Assembly (NCBI GenBank): GCA_036172245.1 | Contig: JAYWIR010000054.1 | Location: 186,001 to 250,000, forward strand | Reading direction: 5' to 3' | Source of the DNA: Raillietiella orientalis | Taxonomy: Eukaryota | DNA: 64,000 bases | In this document: piece by piece, positions 13,112 to 25,100 of the stretch | How positions within the stretch are numbered: position 1 is the first letter of the stretch | Layout of the letters: every line of letters begins with the position of its first letter | Made by a program: the position numbers and the translations under genes | The notes under the pieces: generated by a model | Database searches by the model: none | What the model saw: the letters and a program-made list of their open reading frames with translations, nothing else | Told to the model about the DNA's origin: nothing

Positions 13112-16100
13112 CTGGATTCCCAGGAGCATTCGGGAACATCAGTTAACCTGGTCATTGACACTAGTGGAACGCACCTTTCGAAGTTCTGTTGCAAATTCGG
13201 CCACTGGTTCCAAGAAGTCCACGTTCGCTGTCCTCTTCGCAGTAGCTGGGCGACTGTTCGATGTATATGAGGTCGAACTTACTGGGTGTCAATCCCTTAA
13301 TATCTTTCCTCTTCAGCGTCAAGTACTCCACTTTGGTACTCCGTTTACCTTTGCTTTTGATTGCTATCACAGATTTAGCATTCATGTAACGTCTCTTGAG
13401 GTAATTTCCGATCTCTTTGAAGGGAGGTAGGCTCCTCCAGCAAGTCTTCAAGGAACAGCTACCGGAAACGCCGTGACACTTGCAACTGGTCTGCGTGTTT
13501 TTCCTTACAGCCTAAGGTGGAAGATGAGCATTGATCCGAGCGGAAGCAGAGAAACGTCGCGTGGCCCTCTTCGAGGGAAGCGCTCCTCTCGCCCTCGACT
13601 TTGGAAGACCGCGGCCCTTCTAAGCGCTGTTTTGATCGATCGCGCCGCCAACTTCCACGTCAGCTTTCCCTAGAGGTCACGCATGTTTTCGTTTGGTTTC
13701 AGACGGAATCCGAGGTGTCAGTCGCAGGAGCAACGGAGCTCGAATGTTACGGTGGTCAGTGTTGCATCATGTAGATTCAGCAGTGTTGCTCTAGGAAACT
13801 TCGGCAGGCACGTGGAAGTAGGTTTGGGCTTCCAACTTGGCTCCCAAGGCTTTTCCATCTATTCCTCAGCCATTCCAGCAACTCTTCCTCTCCCCACCGC
13901 GTCTTCGGCGGTCAGAGCGGCTGAGTTAACAAAGCCCCAGAGGATCTTAAGATCAGCGCGAATCTTTTAGATCGTTGCAACACATCCAGAAGATTTCAGA
14001 GGTCTTTTGCTTGGTTCTCTCGAAAGCTCCTTGGTCGGCTTCCCCTGCAACCGCATCTATCGTTGCGAATTCGGATCGAGGCGTTTGCCGTCCCTGCTCT
14101 CCTCCTCCAGTGGCAGATGGCGCTTCTCGGGATCTTTCGATGACTCTGGAAGCGGACTTTCACCTGGGTATCCGCTGCGGGAGCTGCTCCCCCCCTTACG
14201 GTCCCTACTCGCGCTCCGTGAGGTTCGCAGGCGGGCGAGAGCCCTTCCTTCAGTGTGGTTCGAGCGGATCGCGCTACCTCGCGGCAGTCCCAGCGGGAGC
14301 GCCCTTTGAGCCTTGCGACGCCGATGGGGCCACGCCCGCATCCAGAAGCCCCGGACGGCGGTCGAGACGGCGCCCTCTCTGCAACTTCCCGAAAGTTGAG
14401 CTCAGCGCGCGTTCGCGAGGAACCCTTCGGACCGCTTTCGTTGGGAGCTGCACCTCCTCCCGATTGATCTTTCCAAATGCTGCGTCCGGAGGTTTCCGAT
14501 GGCGGGGAGCGACCTCGGGAAATTGTCTCCAGAGAAACCGCCACGCAACGACCTCTTTGTTCCGTGTGAGTCACAGGAGGGGGGAGGAGGGCACGGAACG
14601 TGCCCTGAAGACCGGTCCCCGCGTGCCAGCTCCGCCCACCCCGCGCTCCGTCCGACGGTGGGCAGCTCTTGAGGGAGAGTAGCTGAGTTTACCTGCCTCC
14701 CAACTTTGTTGTTGTGAAGGTTCATCAGGGTCCTGGCGTCTCCTTCCAGCTCCCTGCCGTCCGTGAACCTCTTGGCCATCCGCAGGCCGTACTTGACGTC
14801 GGCGCTGCATCCTCCCCAAGTCCACGTCGAAGAAGCCGGGTTTCTCGGCGACCTCGAAGAGTCGCAGCCGCACGAGCTGATGTTCCCCCGGCTGCAGAAC
14901 TCAGTTATCGCATGCACTATGCCGGCGCTGGATATCGCGTAGAGGAATGCCGACTCCCTGCTTCCTGGAAAGACGCAAGAAAGGAATGCACCTTCGGCGG
15001 AGAGGACGCCGGGCGGAGTGGCGCGCATCGCATCGCTCGCCTGCCCGCGGCGGGATCCACGGGTCGCGGGCGCGCCGACGGCGGCTGTTGCTCCGGGAGA
15101 CGGCTGCACCTTTGCTTTCGGGGACGGGCCCCGCGAGTTTAGCGGTTCTCACGGCCGGGTTCTGTGCCACGGATTTGTCGTGGCCACAGCCTAACGGTCG
15201 TCCACCTGCTGCCACCTCGCCTCTCGAAACAGCTCCATGCTCACTGAGCTTCCTGCTGTTCTTGAGGGAGGAAAGTCCTCACCTTTCGGTCCGGAACTCG
15301 GCAGGGCCTTTTCGGAATCGATCTCGAATGAGAGGAAGATGCTCTCATCGCTGGACCCGCGCTCAAGCGATTCGTGCTTCCACCCTTCCGCATTTTATAA
15401 GCTTTTTTTTTATAAGCGACCGCTAGCCATCAGTCCTTCCTTGAATCTTCAAGCCGGATGGAAGGACCACCGCTTGAATCCAGGAAGAGCTCCGGGAAAA
15501 GGAGTCCGCTCCTCTTACGCTTGCAAGGGAACTCCGAAAAGAATCTCTCCTCGTTTTCTCCGGAGGGAATAAGGAGGAGGTTCTTTTACCTTTTCGCTAC
15601 GACGCAGCTGGACCCCGGCACGCCGCCACCCCGGAACGGGGCGCCGTGCCGTGGGGTCTTCCAGCCACGCCTGTTGCTTCCACATGAATTTCTTCCGGGA
15701 ACTTGGGAAAGAGACGGGAGCTAGAGAGCAGTTTATCGAGCCGACATGAGAACTTTATAAAAGACGACGCTTGACGTTCACGCAGCTGGAGTCCGAGACC
15801 ACGAGACCACCGCAATTACGTCGAGGGGTTAAACGAGGATGCCCCTAAAGTCCTCTGCTCTTTGTGTGGGGCCACAGGGTTACGGACAACGGAGGAGTCG
15901 TACGGCGAAGACACATTGCCAGCACATGCCGACGCCCTAGTCATCCCCGCTGATGCCGAAGAGGAACTAGGGAACTAGGGATATGCCATTCAGAAAATCT
16001 CATGGAACGTGGTGGACTCACCATGAATCCCTCAAAGTGCGCATCGCCATGCTACGGTGCGAAGACCGGCGTGCTCACCGTGTTTGATACAGGAGAATCG

Positions 16101-19100
16101 CAACAGCCAACATGCTTGAAGCAGTGATACAAATTACCCCCAGGAGGGTGACGTGGCGTCTTATATGACACGCGGGTCTCTGCCGTGGTCAGTGCCGCGA
16201 GCATGCCGTTCCGGCTACCCATTACCGAGCCTTCCGCGTGCCTGCAGTCGCAAATGCGTGCCAGTCGGTTGCTTTCGTTTCGTTTCGCGCCCGACTGTGT
16301 CACCTCGCCTTTCACGTTCCGTACAAAAATTTGCACCCGTGGCCACGCGAGGTGAACCGGAAGGGTTGGTCGGACGCCTCCTCGAAAGAGGAGAAACCAG
16401 TTGGGAAGAGTTTTTTCATCTCATGAAGACCGAGATTCGGATGGCGGAAATTCGGAAGCAGAGAGCGCACAAGACGATGAGTTTCCCGCTGGTGGAAGCG
16501 ATGCATGTGGGAGTCTTTTTATGAATCGTTAGATGGAGGCTGGGACAAACTCTCATGAGGTGTTGTTCAGTGCCAGCTGCCTTGGAAATCCAAATGGCCA
16601 AGGCATTTCCAGAAACAACGTGGTCCTTCGAAACTTGGGACCCACCAGCTTGTAACACCTCACATGGAACGGCGGTGCAAAAACGCAAAAATCCGTCTCG
16701 TTCTTTGCGAGATTCGGTTTTATCCGTACTGAATAAAGAAGATCCGAGGTCCCAAGACGGTTCCACAAGAACCTCTGACCGTGTCCACAAGCGCTGCGAA
16801 ATGTGCCCACGTCCTGCCAACCGGAAAGGAAGGGAAAAGCGTACCTGTCGCCAAAAAGCCCGGTGGGCACAGATGTGCCCACCAGCGAAGGCCTTTATGT
16901 CGCGAACGTGCAAGCAACTTTTCAAACAATTTGTAAAGATAATTGCAATTCATTCACAAGACGGAGTGTTTATGAAAAATGATGAAGTTTGCCCAACTTC
17001 AATTCGTGTCATCTAGGACGACACGTGACCGTTTATGCACGGAATCGCCACGTTACCCTTCTACGGTTAGTGATAGAATTCGGGTGTGACGTACTTCGAA
17101 GCGGAGTGACCACGCGTGACCCAGCATCGCGCCCTTCGCGCAGATTCACGTCTTCCTTCGCGTCTTCTGGTTTCAGACGGGGGGTTTGCGTTTTGCTCGC
17201 ATTCCCGAATGCTCTAACGTTCCTGGCGGGAAATTTTTCCCAAGTCCACGTGACAAGATGGTACTCTGTGTGCCAACTTCGTTTGCTCATTCTGACCCCG
17301 AGAGTGCATTCAGACGCCCTTTTTCCTTTTTGATAGAGAGAGAGGGAGATGTGAAATCTTCGCATTCATTTTCACTGTCGGAACGCGTCTCTGAACCGTT
17401 TCTCACGTCGATCGAGCGCGGTTTCCTAGGTTTCTCGTGTGCACCTTCGGTTGGGTAAAAACCGGAGGTGGACGCCGGTCATAGCCGGGGTCAGGAGCGA
17501 AAAGGTTAAAACCCATTTTTCCTCCCTACGAGCTTTTTGAGCCTATGAGGCCGCTGCATCCGAGGCATCTTTGACCTGCTGCTGGTGCTTCAGGTGCTAG
17601 GGAGTCTCATGGGGATGGCAAAGAGAGATGAAATGAAGAGTCCGCCCACCCGGTTGCCTGGCAACTCGGTATCTCCCCAGCGAATGGAGAGCCTCTCGCT
17701 CCCTGAAACCGCGCACCGCTCGCGGAGATGGCTGAGCAACTGGTGCTCCGCAATGCTCGAGAGTCCAGCCACCTTGGCTCGCGCGGTTCGCCCTTTTCAG
17801 TCGGGAGGGGCTGAGTTGGTATTGGTGAGGTCATCCCTACGCGGGAAAACGAGTGGGAGTTCCGTGGAACGGAACTGAAAGAAGTGCGACGTCCTGGTAA
17901 AAGGCAGCTCAAGGGAAGACGAGGGCGTTGAAGCTCTTCGTTGTGCTGTAAACAAGACCTATGACCGTGTGGCCTCAGTTTTTTGCGCCGCGTACGAAGC
18001 GCTGTGGGTTCCGATTCCTACCCGCGAGATGACGCTGATTGGCCCATAATCGGGTGAGGCACCTGTGGAAGCTGGATGCCCCGTCGGATGGTCGGACTTG
18101 AAAGTTGACCGTCCAGGGTACTTCCAGGAATCAAGGGACTCTTCGGGGTTTTCCTCCGGTTGCGGAAATGGAGACGTCCTCCATGTCGCACCATGGAGCA
18201 AGCGGACTGTGATAACCTTTCCAGGGTGTGAAGAAGTGCGCTGCTCCCATCGAGGAGGGCTCGCGCGAACCACAACGGTGGCGGCTGCCCTTCGAGAAAA
18301 CCGCCGAAAGCCAGTTCCAGGACTCGCCAGCGGCTTTATTTTCACTGACGACGTCTTAAGGGGGATCCTTTGCGTGACTGCTCACACTCTGAATCACCGG
18401 CCGCATTGCCCTCGAACGCTTTTGATCTTAGCCAAAAGGCCGAGAGAAAGCGGGCCGGTGTTTCCGTCATTCCCTCTTTCACTCCGTTACGACGGCTTTC
18501 TCTGGCTCACCGCTCGTATTCCGCCGGGTGATTCAGAAGTGCGTGCGACGCGCCTTTCCACGAGGGATGAAGGGATTCCAGACGCGTAGCCCGCCCCGAA
18601 GAGAGACGTGCGTTGCGCTCCTCAAGTCATTCGTAGACGGAGGACGACGAGCGCTCTCGCCAGAACAGTCGGCTCCTTCCGGTCGCGTCAGCTGTTCATG
18701 GGGTTCGTGCAGGACGGGAGACCCGCTTCTCGAGCTTCCTGTGGAGTCAGCGTCATCGTGGGGACGGGCTGAAAACGGAAGGGCGCGACCGGCACCGCGA
18801 TGTCTACGGCGTGGGGCCTCCCGTGCAACTCCCGCCGGCATCACCGGACACGGAGAGGTGTGGACCCGAACCGAGCCAGGTGCGGAGAGCGGGAAACTCC
18901 CTCTCACACCTGCTAGTTGACTGCCCTGCCCTCCGGCCCCTTTGGGAACGCTCTACTGCGGACCTTGGAACCCCCGGCGGCAACCCCAGGGACGTTATGC
19001 GGCTCTTCGTGCGGGACGCCCTGCAACCAGCCCCAGCCCCAGCCCCCAGAACCTGCAGTAGTACTTTGCTGCCTCAGCGGGATTGTGGCGCCGTTGAGCG

Positions 19101-22100
19101 ATAGGGACGTCGCCCACTTTGCTCTTCTCTTTCTGTGCATGGCGGCCAGATGGCCCCCACATGTGACATATCCGGGCAGACCCAGCCGGCATCCTTCCCA
19201 GGATGCCGGCTCCCTCCAGCGGCCCTTCGCAGTGTTTTTTTTTTTTTCTTTCTTTCTTTTCTTTCCTTTTTATTTTTGTTTATTCCCATCCCCCTCCGCT
19301 GCCGAGGTGAGCCCGGCCGGTCTGCTCACCGGCGATCCGGCAGGTCGACTGTACAAGGCGCATCTCAAAGGTAAGGGTGGATCGGATATAAAAGAAAGAA
19401 CAAACAAGAGAAACAAAATGTATTGGTGGTTCCGAACACAGAAATCCCCATGTCATTCTTCCACGCGGTCACCATTTTTATTCCAAACACTTTTGATACC
19501 GTGGAAAAAGCTTTTTGAAACTCTCCGCAGGAAATTCCACTTCCTGGGAGTACAACCAATTCAGCAGCGCTGCAGTCTTCAACTGCTCGCGTTCCCTATC
19601 GAATCGTCGAGCCACTTCTGGTGGTGCAGGAAGGAAGGAAGACGTGGTAGTCACTGGGCGCCATGTCGGGACTGGGCGATCAAAAAGTTCCCATTTGAAT
19701 TTCCGAATTGTCCGGAATGTGCGGACAGCAGTGTGTGGGACCCAAAGGGTGTGTGCTTTTGGAGGACTTTGCGGAGCCTGGAACAACCACCACTTCGCAA
19801 GTCCACTCTGTGTAGGAACACTTTCAACACTGCGGCGTGCCATTCAGCAGGACCGACGACGTGGAACGCTGAGATCGGGAATTGCTCTTCTCCTTCACGA
19901 CAACGCGCGCCTTGGCAACACATGCCGTTCACCCATTCCAGACAATTCGGAAATTCAAATGGGAACTTCTTGGCCACTCACCTTGCAGTTCTTCCCAGTG
20001 AACTACCACGTCTTCCTTCCTTCCTACACCTCCAGAGGTGGCTCAACGATTCGAGAGGGAACGCGAGCAGTTGAAAACTGCAGCGCTGCTGAACTCCCAG
20101 GCGGCGGAATTCCATGCAGAGGGTTCCAAACAGCCCCATCCACGGTATCAAAAGTGGTTGGAAAAAAAAATGGCGACTGCGTGGAAAAAGGACATGGGGG
20201 TGTACGTGTTCAGAGCCACGAATACGTCTTCGTTTCTCTTGTTTGTTCTTTCTTTCTATCCGACCGGCTCTCACGTTTGAGATGCGCCTCGTGAGGTGGG
20301 CCGTGGCGGGGCTACATGCCCCGCCACGGCGGCAGTTGCATGTTCATTTTCCTTAGCAAACGCCCCGGCGTGACCGGGTGGTGGCAACGCGACGTCCACG
20401 GCGCGCTCGACGCTTCGGAGTTCGCTGGAAGGCGGACAGAGGGCGGCGGCGCCTGGAATTGCGCACCCACCGCCGGACTCCGGCGTTGTCACCCGGGTAC
20501 GCCCGGGGCACCGCCGGACTCCGGCGAGGGTGGCGGGAAACGAACCGGCAGCGGCCCGGACGAGCGAATCCGCTTGCGCTGCCACCTGCGCCCGGAAAAG
20601 GAAAGCTCGCGGCCGCGGGAGAGCAGCTTCAAGATGAAGCACGCGGGTGGTGAATTCTGCTGGCAGTAATGGAGAGGAGGAGGAGCAGCAAGCGACTGGA
20701 CCAAAGGGCTCTCAGCCTGGGATGCGAAATCCGAACTGCAACTGCGGAAACCCATGCGCGCGGTCTCCGCGTGGGTTCCCTCGGACGCGGCGGAAACGAA
20801 TGTTTGCCCATCAAGAGCTCAGTTTCCCTGGTGACATTTGCCTAGAGTGGGGCCCTGAGATGCGACGATAATTAAGCGTAGGCTGCTGTGTGGCTGCGGT
20901 CTCCGCGCGTGGCACCAAGCGTTGCGAGTTCGAATCCCGGACGGGGGAAGGGTCGACGCCAGAGACGTGGGTGCATCGTGGGTTTCGAGTCCCCCCTGCA
21001 AAGATGACTCTGGCTTCCTCCGGGGCCCTTCCTGGATCCATAGGGCGGTCCCCCCTCCCGGGGTACCCCTTAACTTAGTCACACGAGTCACACGCACCCT
21101 CGGGTGCCGTGGACAGCGCTAAAGACCTTTGCGAGCTCCCCTAAGGAGGAACGCTTCTTCATCACTTAGCGAACCAGAAAGTTAGGGAAAAAAGCTGGAA
21201 GAACAGCAGTAGCGAAAGAAGAAATAATCCAAAGGGATTGCCATCATCCTAGGTCCAATAGATCTCCTCGTGAGGTTATCTCCCCCCCCCCTCTTCTAGT
21301 CTTTAGAAAAAGAAAAAAAAAAAAAAGTGCCACAATAATTCAAGGCCTTGGGAATCTTGAAGATGAACCTCACGGAAAAAACTCCACTGACGTCGACTTC
21401 TCCGCGGATGCTGGTCCGAACTGCGTTCCGGCTCCTCTCAGAATGTCAGCTGGAAGTCGCTCACCGTCCGGAGAAGCCGAATTTCGCCAGGACCTTCGGT
21501 GAAGTCTCGGACCACATTATGTTGAGATTTCGGAGCAACGGCTAGCAGCAAGATAAGACATCGAACTGCGAAATCATTGAAACCAACGAACCCCCAGAAT
21601 GTTAGTCCAGAGTGTTTTTTTTTTTTTTTTTTTAAAGGAAAAATTTGCTATCGGGGGTCTCTCTTGCAATGATGACCTTTCGAAGAGACACGTGGCGTGG
21701 AGAACACTTTGTTCTCCCTGTTTGCGTACAAAGGCTTTGGTTTTTTTTTTTTGTGTGTGTGTGATCCGGAATGGAAGTCATTTGTATTTATTTCTTGACG
21801 CGCAAGAAAGCCGTCTGGAATGGAAGAAGGAAAAAAAGTGTGGAGAGAGAGCGGGCGAATTTTTCGAAAAGACCTTTCCCAGGAATCTCTGCCCGTTACG
21901 TTTTTGAAGGGTATGCGCGAGCCATCTAGTAGCCGTTTGCCGAACTTCCTGTTCGGCGCTTTCGCCCAAGCCCGCAGGCGATGCAGTGCAGGCGAGCTTT
22001 CCGCACTTTCCATCCCACATCAAACAAGGAAAACGGAAACAAAACAACATGAATCATTCCGTTCGTACCAAAGAGTACCTTCAGAATCCCTCCTCAGTCC

Positions 22101-25100
22101 ACTCTTATTCCGGCAGGGAAGCATTGTATCTCTGCACCAGCTCACGAGATGATTCGAAAAGATTGGAAAGAAGTGCAGCCAGCGAACCAAGCATACACCT
22201 GAGCTTTTCATTCTCTTTCACGGAGCCTTATGTTCCCTCGTGTGGGGTTTCCCTGAGTTCCCGGAACCAGCTCATGGCATTCGTCTCCTTCGCAACAGCA
22301 GCATGCGAGAGCAGGGTCCCCGAATTCCTCCCGAATCCACCGTGTCTGCGAGCAGAAAAAAGGCGAAAGGTGCCTCTCGTTTGCCTCACGGCGCGGCATC
22401 GGAGGTAACCTCAGCCCTCTCTGAGGAACACGGTTTCCTCATTGCTTGCTCTTGTTCCGATCCCACAGGTCCCATCCACCTGGTCTTCGAAGGCTGAGAC
22501 GAAAGACGCATTCGAGAGGCCCGTGTTGAAACGGACCTTGCCCTTCTTTTTCCTCCCTTCATCTCCAGACCGGAATATCCACACTGGCGTGCAAGCTCAA
22601 TACATCCCCTGCATCCTCGCAGAGGGACAGCAAGCTGTCTGGAACAGCGGGGGCGCTGACCTCATCTCTTCCGAAGCACTGGCGGGCGAGAGTCCCTGTC
22701 GTCCGCCAAAGTTGTGCACCACCCCGGGAAGAGGAAAGCACGCCGAGAGCACCACGGGGGGCAACACCATTCCAAAGATAAGTTCCCCATAGGACGGGAA
22801 AACCTCATGCTGCTTCTCCGCATCGACGCGGTCTGGATCTGACTTGCAGCTGCAGCCGCGCTCAGCAGCGGCAACAGATGCGGTGCGAGACCGTCCGTCT
22901 TCGTGGACGAACCTCTTGCGATCTCCTCCAGAATTCTCTTTGAGGCTTTCGTAGACCGTCCAGAGAGAGCGATGTCCCTCTGCACAGCGGCAGGGACAAA
23001 GTCGATAGTCCCTGGTCCTCCGTTCGTCCAGGGACGGGAATGGCGCTTCCACTTCTTCCGAACGGTTCAGACGCTGCATTGCTGCGTCATCGACGAAGCA
23101 GAGAGACTGTTCTTCCGCATCTCCAGCTCGTAACTCCGGAATGCCGGGCTCGGCTCTTAACCCCCCTCCCACCCTCAGGAAGAGGGGACCTGCCTTTTGC
23201 AGCGGCCCTTTGCCATGTTCAGAGGCCGACGAGCCATTTCGCCATTTCTGCCATCAGCGTTACCACATCTCAGGGGAAAGCCTCGCCGACAAGAATCCCA
23301 CAGGTACTGCCCGCTATGCCCGCTCCCCTTACCAGGGTGCCGAACATCTACACGTGCTATTAGGCCCGCTTGCCATTCCGAACCCTTCGCACAAAGAGTA
23401 TTCAGGCATGGCTGTGCCCCTCAGCTGCTTAGGGATCTCACACAGGGTTTGGCCCATCCATCGCCTTCCAACACACTGCCCCGGGTTTCTCAAATGCGGC
23501 GAAATGCTTTTGCCAGAGCTTCACATTTTACCTGCGTTTCCTTACTAGCGTAAAAGCTTCTTAAAACCACAACGATGCCAAGCACCTTATAGAGAGCAAA
23601 CGGTGCCAAACACTTTCCAGAGCGACAACGGCTCTGAAGACGTTGGAACGGAAAGGGTTCTGAGAACTTTTTAGAGAGCTAACCAATTCCTTAGCGCTTT
23701 TTATAGCGCTAAAGAATTAAGAGCAGTGCCAGACGGAGCTGAGCGTTTTTTCCGTATGTGAATCTCTCCCCAGAGATGCAAAGCAGAAACCATCAGACTT
23801 ATGCCCTTGAGTGCTTGCATTCGTCTGGTCGAGTGTTCAAAGAGTTCTCGGCGTCCAGCTGCAGATGCGTCTCCCGGAGGCTAATTCGCCCGAAGAAGTC
23901 TCCGTTCGAGGAGGGAGCCCTGCCGTTCTTGCATGCCCGTCAGGGAGAAGCCTTTTGCTCCAGCGAAGACGAGACTTGCGGACGGTGACTCCGATGGCAA
24001 CGAGCGGCAGCAGTCCTGCACTTTGAGGACTCCCCTGGTCAGCTTCTGCGGCGGTTCTTCACTGCTCAAGGACTGTCTACTGCCGGGACTCTGGCGGTGT
24101 TGTGCTGCATCCCAGCAGCAGGAGCAAATCGCCACGCGGTGGAGCGCCGGCTACCGGAGGACCGCTGGTTGCTCAATCCCATCCAGGATCCATGCGAGGG
24201 TAGCACGATGGCCTCACTCCGTTCCGAGATCAAGAAGGATGCATCCCGAATTGCGGGAAGGAGAGACGTAGAACACTGTATGTTGTGGTGCCGACAGGCG
24301 CTTGCGCCCAGTGTTTCCCCAGGCTGCATATGTAATCTACTCGTGCCTTTGACCCTTCTGTTTTGGGAGCGCTTTCCTTCTCCCATCGGTCTGCGTGCCG
24401 TCATTCCCGACTCGTGCCTACAAGGCAGGTAGGTGGATGCATCTCCAGGACAGTCATGACCAGGTTTGAAACAACGACGAAGCTGTTCTTCGAGAGTTTC
24501 CTTGTCGGCGCCAAACATCCAATTGGGGGCATCGCATTTCTCTTTCGCGGACGCCTCGCATCATCCTAGAGACGCCTGACGCTTCTCTGCATCGCTCGCG
24601 TGCCATCGAGGATGGAAACCTCTGAGGCTGAGAGCTGGACTCTGGACACCCAAGGGATGGCTTGCTTACGAGATCGCCGGAATTCTGGTTCTGGTTTTTT
24701 TTTTTTGTGTGTGGTTTCGTCTGAGAAACCAATGAACCGCAACCTACACGGGGAAAATTCTTCGCCTTCACCACGGGATGCTTTCTCACTCACGGAGGTC
24801 ACCATCCGACCACGGAGAAACGAACTTTTGTGTTAGGGCGCGGCATGTTACGTCTGGGAGTAAACCTGTGATCACGTGTGTTGCACATGACAGGCCGCTC
24901 ACCTGCATGTGTTCTCGTGTGTCTGAGTAGATGGTTTGCTGACCGTAACCCTCCTGAGACGGACGAGCCGTGCCACTTTGTGGTTCCTCTGCGTTCCGCT
25001 TTGTTGCAGAGTTTCTCTGCCAGAAAGTTCAGAAGGCCACTGAGGAAGTCTTTCGTCTGCAAAAGCTCCTTTCGATATCAAGGCTTCACTCATTCATTGC

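Noticed and set aside
15820..15832. gaggggTTAA as a piggyBac terminus
   Set aside because: It is the GVK codons of the RT motif GVKxGCPxSP.
18917..20074. 385-aa plus-strand ORF
   Set aside because: Chance frame running across a LINE 3' UTR and the inverted mariner arm; not a coherent protein.
20878..20950. Functional tRNA gene
   Set aside because: No full cloverleaf, and it is continuous with a dispersed repeat body, so it is a SINE head.
23633..23680. Hammerhead-like core CTGAAGA-CGTTGGAACG-GAAA
   Set aside because: Stem II closes C-G rather than G-C, and stem I and the cleavage triplet do not form properly.
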